Shown here: one piece after another, positions 34,093 through 47,600 of the stretch
How positions within the stretch are numbered: the stretch's first letter is position 1
Layout: every line of letters begins with the position of its first letter
From: Balanoglossus misakiensis
Lineage: Eukaryota > Animalia > Hemichordata
Assembly (NCBI GenBank): GCA_040954595.2
Contig: CM082581.2
Coordinates: forward strand, 310,001 to 374,000
Length of the DNA stretch: 64,000 bases
Direction of reading: 5' to 3'
The notes under the pieces: model-generated
What the model saw: the letters and a program-made list of their open reading frames with translations, nothing else
The model's database searches: none
What the model was told of the DNA's origin: nothing
Position numbers and translations under genes: made by a program

Positions 34093-35250
34093 TTATTTCC
34101 ACAAATTGCCAAAAATCTCATTCATTTCATAGTCTACTGTATTTTGTGAACAAAAGCCACTGTTTAATTCCTGCCACCGTTCAAATGAATTCCGTGCATT
34201 TTCACTCACCAGACTATCTTTACTTTTAATTAACTGCCTGTTAAGAAGCAAATCATAATGGCCTGGTTGACCTGGCCTGTCTGGTGTGTACAAGAGACAG
34301 ACAGGCTCAGTCTTGGAGAACACATCACCATCACCTCTTGCAAATATATCATTCTGCTTGGTGTATATATGTAATGGACATTTTGCAACATACACTACAG
34401 ATATCATTTCTGGCATACCAGCATATTCATCTGCCTTTTCCATACATTGTGTTCTGTGCAAAATGTCCATATAACGAGTGCCGTCTAACAGGACATCAAG
34501 TTGTGCATCATCCATTCCTTCAAAGTATATATGATTGGCACGAAGTCTCTCTCTCGCTGCCCTTTTTCCAGTAATTATGTTTGATGCAAGACACCGTTTA
34601 TGTTATTCTACATGTGGATATATAGCGAATCAATGTTCAACCACACACAACTTCCATCCCGTTTGTAGACACGAGACAGAAAAACTCACCTAAATGAATA
34701 ATTGGTGTTTACCGTTTATTCATTTTGGCGAGATTTTCACTCATATCATACAAACCACATGTAGAATAACATCAACGGTGTCTTGCATCATACATAATTG
34801 ATGGAAAAAGGGCAGCGAGAGAGAGACTTTGTCCCTTTAACTTGTCTGCGAATATTTTCTCTCGGTCAGCTAAAATTGGGTCAGAAGGGAGTCCACTAGG
34901 TAAATGATCGCAATTTTGCAATGCAATATCATTTCTCACAGAGATGCTCCTGAAAAAGCACCTTCCATCACCATATATGTTGAATAGCTTAAAATCTTTG
35001 ACAGTTGAATGTTTGTCATGACAGCCAAAAACAATACCATCAACACTGTTCAAAATTGACTTTGGTTTTGGTTGGACCATTTGATAAGAAGTACCGTGGA
35101 AACCTCTGTCCTTTGGATCAGCTCTAACAGCTGCATATTTAGCTGATTTATCAATATTGTCAATGGAAATTATACAAAATGCATTATTTGCAATATTTTC
35201 CTCTGTGAAATCAGCTGATGTTCATTTGTTGATAACTCCCAACATGTATC
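34093..35250 (-). pseudogene. Duplicate of the OTU-containing fragment, disrupted by a MITE
   Basis: ORFs 34093-34515 and 34772-35080 match 31152-32045. Confidence 0.78.
34542..34836. mobile_element. Kolobok-like MITE, left end deleted
   Basis: Same TIR as 19791-20313, ending gtccct-TTAA. Absent from the first tandem unit (gctcTTAActtg at ~31621-31632). Confidence 0.85.
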
Positions 35251-35855
35251 TATGCAATGTATCTCCAGAACAAATAATACCAAATCAATTTAGAATTTTC
35301 ACTAGAGTAGATGACCTACTATAACCTTCAACAATGTCAGCCAGGTAAGTATGCAATGGGTAAGTACAATGATCAGAACAAGTGAACAATATCATACACA
35401 CAAAACAAACGCCTGAGGAATTGTGCTCTACTCTCCATAGAGTGCTGGTCATAAAATCCATAGTAGTGTTTATTCCATTCAAAGTTGGGGCTTTTTAATT
35501 TACTGCATTCACTGTTGTTCAACGAATTGCTAGGACGTTGTGTTGACATGTACACAGCGCGAGACAATGATTGACAGGCAGAATGTATCAAAATTCTGGC
35601 CCATGTGACTGACTCCGCGAATCTGATTGGTAGACAAGACGCAAAAGTGTAAAAACTTGAAAGTCGATTTCACTTTATGAATGAAAGTGATTCCATAATT
35701 AGCATATCTCGTTGGGGCCACAGATCGTTGCACAGGGGAAAGAACGTAATCCCGCTAAATAAAGTACAAGGCCGCTCGAATATTTTAGCAGGATATTGGA
35801 ATATTGTATCCTACCTCTTCTAACGAAAAATAAGAAGACTGTTCATGTGATAAAT

Positions 35856-36014
35856 ATATAATCCCATGATATTTTTCTTTATTTACGTCATCGTATACTC
35901 GTGGTTTTCGCGGAGTCTAGCAACATCTCGCCTAGGGCTCGAAGTTGCACAGCTCTGCGAAAACACTCGTATACGATGACGTCAAACAAAGAAAAATATC
36001 ATGGGATTATATAT
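35856..36014. repeat. Long branched hairpin (~160 bp)
   Basis: tatataatcccatgatatttttcttt..aaagaaaaatatcatgggattatata with apex ctcgcctagggctcg. Confidence 0.8.
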
Positions 36015-37267
36015 AAAAATAGTATTCCATAACACAGGGTCAATCTCACTGACAATATATTCAACATCAAGTGTACTCAGATCAACAGTTTGTTTTGCAG
36101 TAATTTATACTGAATTTTTAAGATTGCTGATAAATGCTGGCATTTAATTTCACAGCCACCCAATCAAGCATTTTGCAAAAAGTCAACGTCAACTTTACTC
36201 AAGTCTCTTACTTGCTTTTCAAGCCTCTCTATCTGTTGTATGCACAACATACTGGGGATGTTCGACAAGTGCATTTTGGAGGGAATAGTGAGATCTGAAC
36301 CCGTTCGGTACAAAAAGGTGGAGAACTTTCTACTCACTTTTGATACAACAGAAAGGTGAATTGGATAATACACACATAGAAATTCCCGAATAAGCCAGCT
36401 ATTAGGTTTTCTGTGGAATTCCACTGGTTGTACCTTGACCTTGGGTCGCAAAGGCTGATATTCATCATCTAAACAATCATTGCAATGGAATGAAATAGTG
36501 CTGAATAAAAGGACGAGTCTTAAAAACCCCTTTGAAAACTGTCAATAGATCCAGCATTGTGGATAGAAGGTGCACAAACACTGAATCCTCTTTAGCCATA
36601 TGCCTTGTTAAGTTTTGAAATGATCATTCACGGTGATGAGTTATCAAGAATATACCCGTTAAAAATTACTGTACCCTCAGAGAAGCATTTTGTAATGAGA
36701 TGAAAACTATATGAATTTTCTAAGTGTATATTTATTCTTTGCAGAGGTAATTTACTTAGCTATAGGTTGATAATTTATGTTAATTCCATTGAATTATGCA
36801 AATAAGTAGTGAAAATACTTGTACATGAATATATCAGACAGTCTTATAGTGTCGTGTGAGGTTGATGACACATATTCTTAACCACATATTTCTTGATCAA
36901 TTAATTGTGTTTACACCAAAGTCCTCAATATCCATGGCAATCTCTTCCTAGGAATTTTAACACTCTCTCCAAAATCCCCTGAAACTTGTGTACCCTGTCA
37001 GCAAAACTTTGTCTGATTTTTAAAATACAGATTACTTCTTCACCCTTGCAAACACATTTTCAAAGATAAGTTTTCACATTTGTTAATTTGTTTATATTAT
37101 GCATAATTATAATTGGAAAAATTCTAAGATACAATTTCAACAAACATGTGTTCAGTACGAGTGTGCGGTTGATTTCAAATTTTAAAATGTGTGCAATGGA
37201 TAGACAGGATGTGTGTTTAGCTGATTGTAACCATAGCAATATGCAATCCCCAAACAGTGTAGCCACA

Positions 37268-38016
37268 AGTCGCTTGCACACGTGCAATGATTAGGGCGCC
37301 CTTTTTGGGATTATAAAAGTTGGTAAACATTTCTTATCAGCGACTCAAATAGTTTTGCATTCACATGTGTATAAAAGGGACGGGATCACCGCACTCAATG
37401 CGTCCACAGCAGCGTGGCTAAAGGTCGCAATGGCGGATTCAGTGATGTGTTTACTGTATATGTAGCTCTGGACTTATACCCAAACAGCGTATAAGTCCAG
37501 AGCTACTGTATATGGTACTCCTGAATTTGCTTTTTAAACGTCGCCGACGCTGATTTCATGGGCATTTGAATGAACCGATACCGGTTTATGGTAACCTTTC
37601 ATTGGAGGTTGCGCCTGGAAGACTGCAGTCCATGCTACTAAATCGTCGTCGGAGGTCGAGTTTGCAATTCCTTTGTATGTGCCTTGGCCATTTCCGTGTC
37701 ACTCCAATTGTTGCCTCGAGACACTGCTTCGGCCATTGTTTTAGTAAAGTGAACCTCAACGCTTAATGCAGCGCTTAATGAGACAAACCGCGTCGGCAGA
37801 GTGCGTTTAGATCGGCGTTTAGTGCGGTGTTTCTGTTCACACGTGATTTGAATCGCTGTTTAGTGCGGCGCCCCGACCCAGGTCCCACCCCTCAACACCG
37901 TCACAAAAAAAGAGCGGCGCAGGGCTGCTCTCACCTTTTCACACGTGGCACTTGCAAATTAACGCCGCCCTAGGGCAGCCGCTGGGGCAGCGTTGACGGC
38001 ACGTGAGAAAGGCACT
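37268..38016. mobile_element. TIR element with 3-bp TSD (PIF/Harbinger-like)
   Basis: Imperfect TIR agtcgcttgcacacgtgc / gcacgtgagaaaggcact. TSD ACA (37265-37267, 38017-38019). Copy 1 has the empty site gtagccACAgaag. Confidence 0.75.
37463..37505. mobile_element. 43-bp TAG..CTA mini-element with 9-bp TSD
   Basis: Perfect 17-bp TIR tagctctggacttatac / gtataagtccagagcta, flanked by CTGTATATG at 37454-37462 and 37506-37514. Confidence 0.85.
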
Positions 38017-38177
38017 ACAGAAGAGACCAATGTTTAGCTGATTGTAACCATAGCAATATACAATCCCCAAACAATGTAGCCACAGAAGAGACCAATGTTT
38101 AGCTGATTGTAACCATAGCAATATACAATCCCCAAACAATGTAGCCACAGAAGAGACCAAAATCCACAGTTACATAC

Positions 38178-38300
38178 CGCCACATGCATGGCCATCTTCC
38201 AGCAGATAGAATCCTGGTCTGCAAGCGCAGAGATAACTACCATGGGTATTCATACAACAGTGTTGACATGCATTTCCACCACTGTGACATTCATTCATAT
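38178..38300 (-). CDS. Calcium-binding EGF exon, duplicate of 1860-1982
   Basis: ctccag|123 bp|gtatgt, reads DMNECHSGGNACQHCCMNTHGSYLCACRPGFYLLEDGHACG. Confidence 0.8.
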
Positions 38301-39257
38301 CTGGAGGGTCAGTTGCAGGTGCATGGCAGTACAATTGACATGATCCTTTAATTTTATAGTGCAATTATAAGATAATACTTACAAATCCTCCAGACATTAT
38401 TCTGAAGAGAGATATGTATGCTTCCTGGCTGTTATTCATAAACTGGAACTCCACAGTGCGTGAGTTTTGAAACATGGCACCAAGTGATTGATGTGGGGAA
38501 AAAATTGACTCCAATCACCATCCCTTGTGCAGGCCAAAGATCATGATATTGCCCTCGCTAACATGTGTTATTACATGTATTTAAATATTTCACCTCTACT
38601 TATGCAATGAATTAATGAATACAAAGTGTTGTAGGTCATCCAACACGAGAATGTCACTAACAAAATTATCATTGAGTTTCAAATCCCAAGTAACAGTGGA
38701 CTTATATAGTTTATCACCCAGATGAATTTTTTTATCTAAATCTGCTTCTGTGGTATAAGGTTGCTTTGTTAAGACATACAAAGGGAAATGATTGCATTGC
38801 ATGTACACTGTGTGCCTCTGGATGAAAGACCAATCTGTGTACTTCCTTGATGGGTACTACCACACGTTGTTCAGCCAAGCTCATAATTTGTGTAATGTGT
38901 ACCCTCCAAAGATACATCTGGAAGCACCCTAAAAATCAAATCGTTTATCGAAAAATGCTCACTATCCAACATGATCCAACCACAATAACCCCATTGACCT
39001 ACAGTCAATTGTTTTAATTAGTTATTTGTATGTGAGCTGTACACACCTCTTGCCATTCCAAGGCTCCGTGCCAAACAACACTTTTCTGCTGTTGTTGTTG
39101 TTGTTGTTTTTGTTGTTGTGGATCAACTTGCTGCTGGTGAGTCAACTTGATGCACTTGAGCTGTAGAGGGCACTGGTATGTCCAGATCCATTGGTAGTGA
39201 AGTACTGGTATTATCCTGTAATAACACATACAAATCATGACTGTAAATAATTCTGTA

Positions 39258-41055
39258 TTATATTATATCATGCTACCGTCCACAATTCTGATTGGATGAG
39301 AGCTCAATCCAGCGATGCTAAAATTAAGCAATAAAACACCCCCAGCCATGGTATACCACGAGATTTTGACCAGTTCACAACATATACGCACGAGTGATAG
39401 CGAGTGCGTATATGGAGTTGAACTGATCAAAATCTCGTGGTATACCATGGCTGGGGGTGTTTTATTGCTATTATATTATGCCGTTATATTGAAACTTTGC
39501 ATAAAACATTTTAAAAAGGCATTTTCTTTGACTATGATATATGACTGTGGTATATGGCTAATATATCACGGTCACGTGTCGTGTCTCGACCAATCAAATA
39601 GCGTGATTTACACCATCAATATACTGGTATAATATAATACTCAATAATGCACTGCTGAACTAGCATATGGCAGCAAAAATGTGCGGTTAAACCACAGTCG
39701 CGCGTGTTTAAATCAAATAAATAAAACAAAAATACTGTTGAATGAACAGATGTTTCATTTTGGAACTGCTCTGTGAAAATATTTGTCACTTTGTCACGCG
39801 CGATGCCCGTCTTGTCACTTTTTGTCGTCTGCTTCATGTTTAATGCTCGATCCCGGCCGCTCGTGTTTACATTCATCGTCGCCATGTTGGTTCACGATCG
39901 TAATTTCAGTTTCGGTAAGAAAATGACACTGATATGCCACAAAAACAATTGTTGATATAATATAATGGCAATAACCCCCGCCTCAGTCGGGTATACACTT
40001 GATTTGGGTACAATTTCCTCCATATAGCACTCGCCTGACGGCTCGTGCTATATGTCTCGAATTGTACCAAAATATCGCGTATACCCGCCTTCAGTGGGGG
40101 TTATTGATTAAATATCAATCACATGATCTGGCCATGTGACACAAAGCATTGTCATTTCCAGGTAATGGGAAAACAATATTGTGGTATCCCGTATAATATT
40201 TTTCCATATGTGTTTATACTTTAGAACCACCAGACAGGTAACATGTATCAGTCATGGTGCCTCAACAGCATCTTGGCATTCGTCTGCACAGTCGTCATTT
40301 GCACCACATTGCTGAAATTCCCCGTTAGCTGGAAATTTGAATGCCAATGGAACTGCGTCTGATGTCATTGATATCAAAGAAAATCTTTATCTACTGGTCA
40401 TCCAATGTCCTCAGTTAAAACATCAAGCTGCCATCTTCTGATGTCATGTTAGGTAACAAATTATACAAATGCAGTTCTATTAAAATACTGAAAAGTGATA
40501 AAATGTCACTTGCCAGGCAAAAGGGATAGATGGGTATTATAACTCAGTTCATAACATAACATACCAATGACTGGTTTTGTACATGTACTTGTGGCTGTGT
40601 CAGAGTTCGAACAACATTGGTGCCAGTGGTGACAGGTGGATTCTTGCTGCAGCTCACATTAGGTACTGTCGGTTGTGTTGACTGCACTCCTGTTTGCATC
40701 GATGACTGCATAAGTAAACAGAGTAGTATTAAATCGTTATTATAGTATACCAGTATATTGATGGTGTAAATCACGCTATTTTATTGGTCGAGACACGACA
40801 CGTGACTGTGATATATTAGTCATATACCACAGTTATTTATCATAGTCAAAGAAAATGCCTTTTTAAAATGTTTTATGCAAAGTTTCAATATACTGGCATG
40901 ATTTAATAGCAATAAAACACCCCCGGCCATGGTATACCACTCGATTTTGACCAGTTCAACTCCATATACGCACTCGCTATCACTCGTGCGTATATGTCAT
41001 GAACTGGTCAAAATCTCGTGATATACCATGGCTGGGAGTGTTTTATTGCTTAAAT
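39258..41055. mobile_element. Duplicate cluster of hairpin-ended elements (equivalent to 14909-16575)
   Basis: Palindromes at ~39327-39469, ~39968-40106 and ~40907-41051. Confidence 0.65.
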
Positions 41056-44000
41056 AACTCCAACATTAACTTTGGATATCAGCCGTGATGTCTTATTCTA
41101 CTCTGTAAAACATTAAGAATTACCGTAATCACGCCAATAATTCAACCAGAAACAAATGGCTGGAAATTCACAGTAGGCAATTACGCACTGGTCCAACACT
41201 TCGAGGTTATAAAATAATTAATTATCGAAAGAATAGTGGAAGGTCGAACTAATGACACGGTCGAACAGATGGCACGATCAAGGTACTCAGAGTTTGGTTT
41301 TCAAACAATGGTGTTCTACATATTGTTCAACATTGTTATTGTTGAAAAATAAATTCTAGTCTGAGTTCATTTAATATACACAATGCCCATTACTCATGTA
41401 CAAGTTCTGTTGAAAAGCTAAAGACTGAACATTTCATAAAGCTATCCAGAGCTGAACAAGAAACTAGGGTTAATTCCTTCACTGAAAAACAAACAAATGT
41501 TAATTTGCCTTTAGCAGTTAGCAGAAAATGTCACCAAAATTTTACCATGACATTGGCGTATTATACCTTTGATAGGAGAATATGAAAAGGGGAACTTGAA
41601 TATTTTTTTCCTCAGGTTTTGGCAAAGTATAATCAAACCAATCGAAATGACTGCAGTGGCAACATAACATATTTGACAGTCAAATCTGTGTTTGTTTCCA
41701 CCACTATATAGTGGCCACTTTGTTTCAATTCATGTACATGTACATTGCACATTAATTGACCCGTCTATCGAAGCCCCCTGTCTATAAATGCCAGTTTAGG
41801 AAAGTCCCTTGACTGGCCAGTATAGACAGGTTTGACTGTACCTACCTCTTTGTGGCTGTGAATCAGTACCTGACCATCTCTAGGGCTTGGAGTTGATAGG
41901 ATTCACATCAGCAATTGGTGGAGTCTTACTGAACTGACTACCATTTGCCATTTGCATGACACCTTCTACGGCTTTCAGTGCAGCAGCTGGTGCCTGCTGG
42001 GAAGTCATCTTTGGTGGTGAAATTGCCTGTCCAAAAAGAGTAACAAACCTAGTTAGTATGGAGCATTATCAAGGCCAGTATTCAAACCACCATGTTTAAT
42101 TCATGACTTCCAATTTTTAATTCGATGTTGAACTTGCAACTCTTGAAGTCCCATTTCCAACACACACACAGACATTTGGACAGGATTGGGTTTAGGCTTT
42201 TCACATTAATCTCATTAAAATTGGAATTGATCTCTGAGTCTGTGGCATTATCCAAATAAGTCTTTGCATTGACAGAGTGGGCTTCTAGCAACCAAAACAG
42301 AAGTTTTGAATGTGTTTTGAAAAAAATAGTCTACTTTAAAGGCAATGGTAAGACAAGGCTATGTGAAACAGTCAAAAAAAGCTTTCAATTCACAGGATGG
42401 GTAACTAGAAACAGCTAATTTAAATCTCATTAAGTAGAAGATAGACCACAAGTGTACCTGGGTGGATGAAAATTGTCTCATGGAGATACTTGAAACAGTC
42501 ACATTGGGTTGTGTCCTGCTTGCTGTGACAGTGGATACTGGTTGGTTTGGAAAAGCGGTAGGCTGGGCAGAAGGCATTGATGTCCTTTGAACTTGGCCCT
42601 GCATCTGGGGCTGACTTGGTTGAGTCAGTTTCTGTTGAGAGGACGACAGTTTTTGTGGAGACTGACTTCCAATTTGACTTGGTTGTCCAGGTGACATGTG
42701 ACAGATGCTACTCAAGGCATATACAAATACAAGATGGCGTAACTGAATCATAGTAATCTTTCTCATGGTTTTCATACACAGTAAGCTACCATGGGTATAC
42801 CACACTTAACTACCAAATCTGGATTTGTTGCAATCTGTCATGGATATCCCATAGGGTACTTTGACAGAGTAAATCAGACTGCATGAGTATTGGGTGATAA
42901 GTAATTATAACTTGGGTAATTAAAATAACCAGAGCCTGGGAAAGTCATTAAAACCTGCAACTTGATTTGACTTGGTCAGCCTATAAGTGCTTCCCACTTG
43001 TTACAACTTAGGATATATCTGATTAAAGCCCATGAGGCTAAGTGATGTTTTTTTCAGGAGGTGCCCCTGCCTGAAATAAACATACCTTTGCAGAGCAGCT
43101 TTACATAATTCTACTATATATCACACTTCACTTGGAGGTGTAATTATGTGCGGACTTAATTTGACAATGGCTGGGAAGCAACACTGGAGACTTTACCTGG
43201 AGATGATCTTCCAACAGTTGATTTGAGAGGATTTGAGGTCATACCAGAGGTAGGCCCTGTAACCATGGTAACTGTTGATGCAGGTTTCCGTGGATGTGTT
43301 GTGGTAGTGGTTGTAGTGATTGCTATGGTTGTAGGTTTCACTATGGCATCCTCTTTCGTATCACCACTAGACACAGATTTTTCTGAAACACAATCATTAC
43401 AAAAATGGAGGATTATAGAGTTGATGTAAAATTCTGCTGTGGATTCACACAATGTCACGAAACTTGTCTTGAACCTGTACCAGTGTTTCATCCAGGATTT
43501 AACCATGGAAACTGATTGCCCACCTTCCAACAATTTTCAGGAGGATGTGTAATTCATTGGCCAGGCATTGAAATGATGGGGAATAATAGGCTTGGCTTGT
43601 GCAAGTACTGCAACAGAATACACTGCATCACTCGCGAAATAACTTCTGTAAGCATCAGATCGTGTGCAGAGGTCATGAAGTTCTGGCATATTTAGTATTA
43701 GCCAACCAAGAGCGAATAATAATATGTGATGTGTAATAAATATTAATAAAAATATTACAACCATTTTACGGAAGTACCGATTTAGGGTAATAAAATTTTA
43801 ACAACCACAAAAAAGGTGTTCTACATCACCACATTATGATGAATTGGTTGTCAATGGCCATGTAAACAAGTTGTATATTTGTCCTTTGAACTTTTGAATC
43901 TGGATTTTATGATTTCAAATATTTGCTTAGCAACAGATACCCAAGCAGTCACGCAGTTACACCCATTGGAAAATGGTATCACCCACACCAAGGTGGGTGG

Positions 44001-44624
44001 AAGTTGGTCCTGGTGCTTTTTTTTCCCATGATTCAAATTACAGTAAACGCCATATTAGAAATTCTGCCAACTTTCCCTCGATTTTGTAAAAAAATCTGAC
44101 GACTTATACATGACGAATATTTTTTTTTCTGAAAGAGTGACCTCAAAGCTACCAAATTATGTAGAAATTACCTGGACCGGATTTCCCCTTTAAGGATAGA
44201 TTGTTCAAGACAAAAGTAATGGCTTGAATAGAATATTACATGCACATTTCTATTAAGGACACCTCTGTATTAAAGGGACAAAGTCTCTCTCTCGCTGCCC
44301 ATTTTTCCATTAATAATGTTTGATACAAGACACTGTTTATGTTAATGTACATGTGTATATGTAGTGAATGAACGTTCAACCATACACAACTTCCATCCCG
44401 CTTGTATGATATGGGAGTAAAAACTCACCCAAAACGAATAAATGGTAGAGACTGATTATTCATTTTGGCGAGTTTTTTCACTCATGTCCACAAGCAGTAT
44501 ATATGTTACTTTTTATCTACTTTCTGGGGGCATTGCAGGGTTGTATACTTTGTGTGTGGTTGAATGTTGATTCACTATATATCCACATGTAGAATAACAT
44601 AAATAGTGTCTTGTAACAAATATA

Positions 44625-47600
44625 ATTAAAGCTGCAAGCAGCGTTGGCGGGGCACAAGCGGTTCCCATGGTGACCAGCAAATGCCACGACTGTATCTGCT
44701 GGGGATACCAAGATATGGGAAAGTAGGTCAAAGGTCACCTGAGGTCACCCCAAATTTTGGCAAAAAATTGGACCCCATACTAGTCTAGGTCCAACAAAAA
44801 CCAGACCCCTAACTCAATTGGTTCGCCTAGAATTAGGTATGCGCATAATTAATGAGGTCTTGTGTAAAACTCCATATGTGCTCCATCGGCCCCCCAAAAC
44901 CAGGACTCTAACTGCTATGGATGCTGAGATATGGGAAAGTAGATCAAAGGTCATCCAAGGTCACCTAAAATTTGGGCATAAACTTTTGACCCAAGAGTGG
45001 GCCATGTCCAACCAATACCAGACCTCTAGCCCTATTGGGTAGCATGGAATTAGATATGCAGAAAAATGATGCTTCAGAAATAGGTCAAAGGTCATTGTCA
45101 AAATTACCAAAATATTTGTGTCATGTCCTGGCAGCATTGGTACCCATGTCCACAAAATTCATGACTGTGGTGCTTTGACAAGAGGAGGTATGGGGAATAT
45201 GCATATATAATTAGTTGTTTTAAAACTGGGTCAAAGGTCATGTGAAAATTGCCCTGAAAAATTGTGACAACTTCCGGTCATATGATGACTCATATCCAAA
45301 AAAAGAATTTCCATTCTGTCAACATTTTGGCTACAAAACGGAATTATCACTTTTCAATGGTTTTCCGAAAATCCAACATGGCCGCCATAGTGATCGACCA
45401 ATCACAGTGCGCTTCGCAAACTTGATAGACATAGGTTAGGTGACCACATATCCCAAATCCCGAGACTCGGTAACCGCTGGTTCTGGAGAAGAAGATTTTG
45501 AAAGTTTTAAGTAGTTTTTCAGAAAAACAATTGTAGCAAAAAAACTTTATGTATGACGTCATGATTTCAATAGGGTAAAATGATGGACAGAAAGTAGGCT
45601 ACCTGCACACCAAATTTGAACTCGATCGGCCCAGTGGTTTTTGAGAAGGACTTGTTTAACGATTTTCAGGAAATCCAATATTGCCGCCAGGTCACGTGAT
45701 TAATTAAATATTCACGAGCCACTGCACGTCTACTCATTGGCCCCTATCACCCTACCAAGTTTCAGCCCCCTAGGTGCTGCCGTTTTCCAGATCTACCTGG
45801 CCGATTTTTGGAGAAGAAGAAGAAGAATAAAGAATTAAAGCTGCAAGCAGCATTGTCCGGGCCCAAGCTCAATTATCTGATCTGATAATTAGATATGCAC
45901 ATAATTAATGAGTAGGAACATAATGCTGTGTTTTATCCCATGAAATATCAAGGTTATGTTTGGTGTTGATATAGTGTTAAGTAGGTCAAAGGTCACCCAG
46001 AGGTCACCCACAATTTGGGCAGAAAATTTTGACCCATAGTGGTCCATGTCCAACAAAAACCAGATCTCTAGCCCTTTTGGTTAGCTCGGAATTAGGTATG
46101 CACATAAATAATGAGTTAAGCAGGTGTCACAGGTGAGCCAAAACTTTTGCTTTTCATTATGGCCCCATACCTCCAAACGCCAAGGCTGTATCTGCGGTGG
46201 ATGTCAAGTTATGCAAAAGTAGGTCAAAGGTCACCCGAGGTCACCCAACATTTGGGCAAAATATTTTGACCCCATACTGGTCCATGTATAACAAAAACAA
46301 AACCTCTAGCCCTTTTGGTTAGCCCAGAATTAGGTATGCACATAAATAATGAGTCAAGCAGGTGTCACAGGTCACCCAAAACGTTGTCTTTTCCGTATGG
46401 CCCCATACCTCCAAACGCCAAGGCTGTATCTGCTGTGGATGTCGAGATATGCAAAAGTAGGTCAAAGGTCACCCGAGGTCACCCAACATTTGGGCAAAAT
46501 ATTTTGACCCCATACTGGTCCATGTATAACAAAAACAAAACCTCTAGGTCTATTGGTTCATCATTAATTAGGTATGCGCATATTTAATGAGGTCACCAGA
46601 GGTCAAAGGGGTCATGAAAAGTAGCAAAATTTTTTGATCACATACAAATCCACATACATCAAAAACCAAACTTATAGCCCTATTGGTTAGCCTGGAATTA
46701 GATATGCAGAAAAATGATGCGTCAAAAGTAGGTCAAAGGTCATTGCCAAAATTACCAAAATATTTATAGCTTATTCTTGTCATATGATGATTCATATCCA
46801 TAAAAAGAATTTCTGTGCTATCAATTTTTAGGCTAGAAAAGGAATTTTTACTTTTTAATCGTTTTTCACAAAATCCAATATGGCCGCCATAATCTTCGAC
46901 CAATCACATTCCCCTTCGCAAACTTGATAGACATCTGTTTAATGACCACGCACACCAAATCTTGTGACTGGGTTATCGCCCGTTCTTGAGAAGAAGATTT
47001 TTGAAGTTTCACTATGGTTTTTCGAAAATCCAATATGGCCGCCATAATCTTCAACCAATCACAATGATCTTCGCAAACTTGATAGACATCAGTTAGGTGA
47101 CCACATACCCCAAACCGCGTGACTCAGCTATCACCGGTTCGGGAGAAGAAGATTTTTGAAATTTAAGCCAGATTTCAGAAAAAAAATTGTAGCAAAAAAA
47201 CTGCAACATTTACAGCAAAATATCCAATTACAAAAATGATGGGTAGAAGGTTGACTACCTGCACACCAAATTTGAAGTCGATCTGACTTGTAGTTTCTGA
47301 GATCTGAGATTTGCATTTTTTCAGAAAATCCAATATGGCCGCCAGGTCACGTGACTAATTAAAAATTCAAGGGTTCAATGCACGACTACTCATTGACCTT
47401 GACCACTGTAGCAAGTTTCAGAAGTGTACCTGCAGCGGTGTCTGAGATCTAGAGCGACAAAGAATTGACAGAAGAATAAAGAAAGAAAGAAAGAAAGAAA
47501 GATTAAAGCTGCAAGCAGCATTGTCCGGGCCCAAGCTCTATTATCTGATCTGATTATTAGATATGCACATAATTGATGAGTAGAAACATAATGCTGGGTT

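Larger units (their letters stand above)
29396..35554. repeat. Tandem duplication of ~2.94 kb within the transposase gene
   Basis: Units 29396-32337 and 32338-35549. ORFs repeat at offset 2941 (30138 / 33079, 30701 / 33642). Junction microhomology GTACA. Confidence 0.93.
26266..36450 (-). mobile_element. Degenerate Academ-type (AcademX-like) DNA transposon region
   Basis: Fragmented minus-strand protein with motifs DNID..HGT, VGDGKT..DWH, FHAYDR..ALDEAHE..NKD, HEEAD..SPDTD..TGCD (XPG/PIN-like) and a C-terminal Cys cluster. TAG-type TIR at 26266-26292 and inverted at 28950-28976. Right boundary uncertain. Confidence 0.72.
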
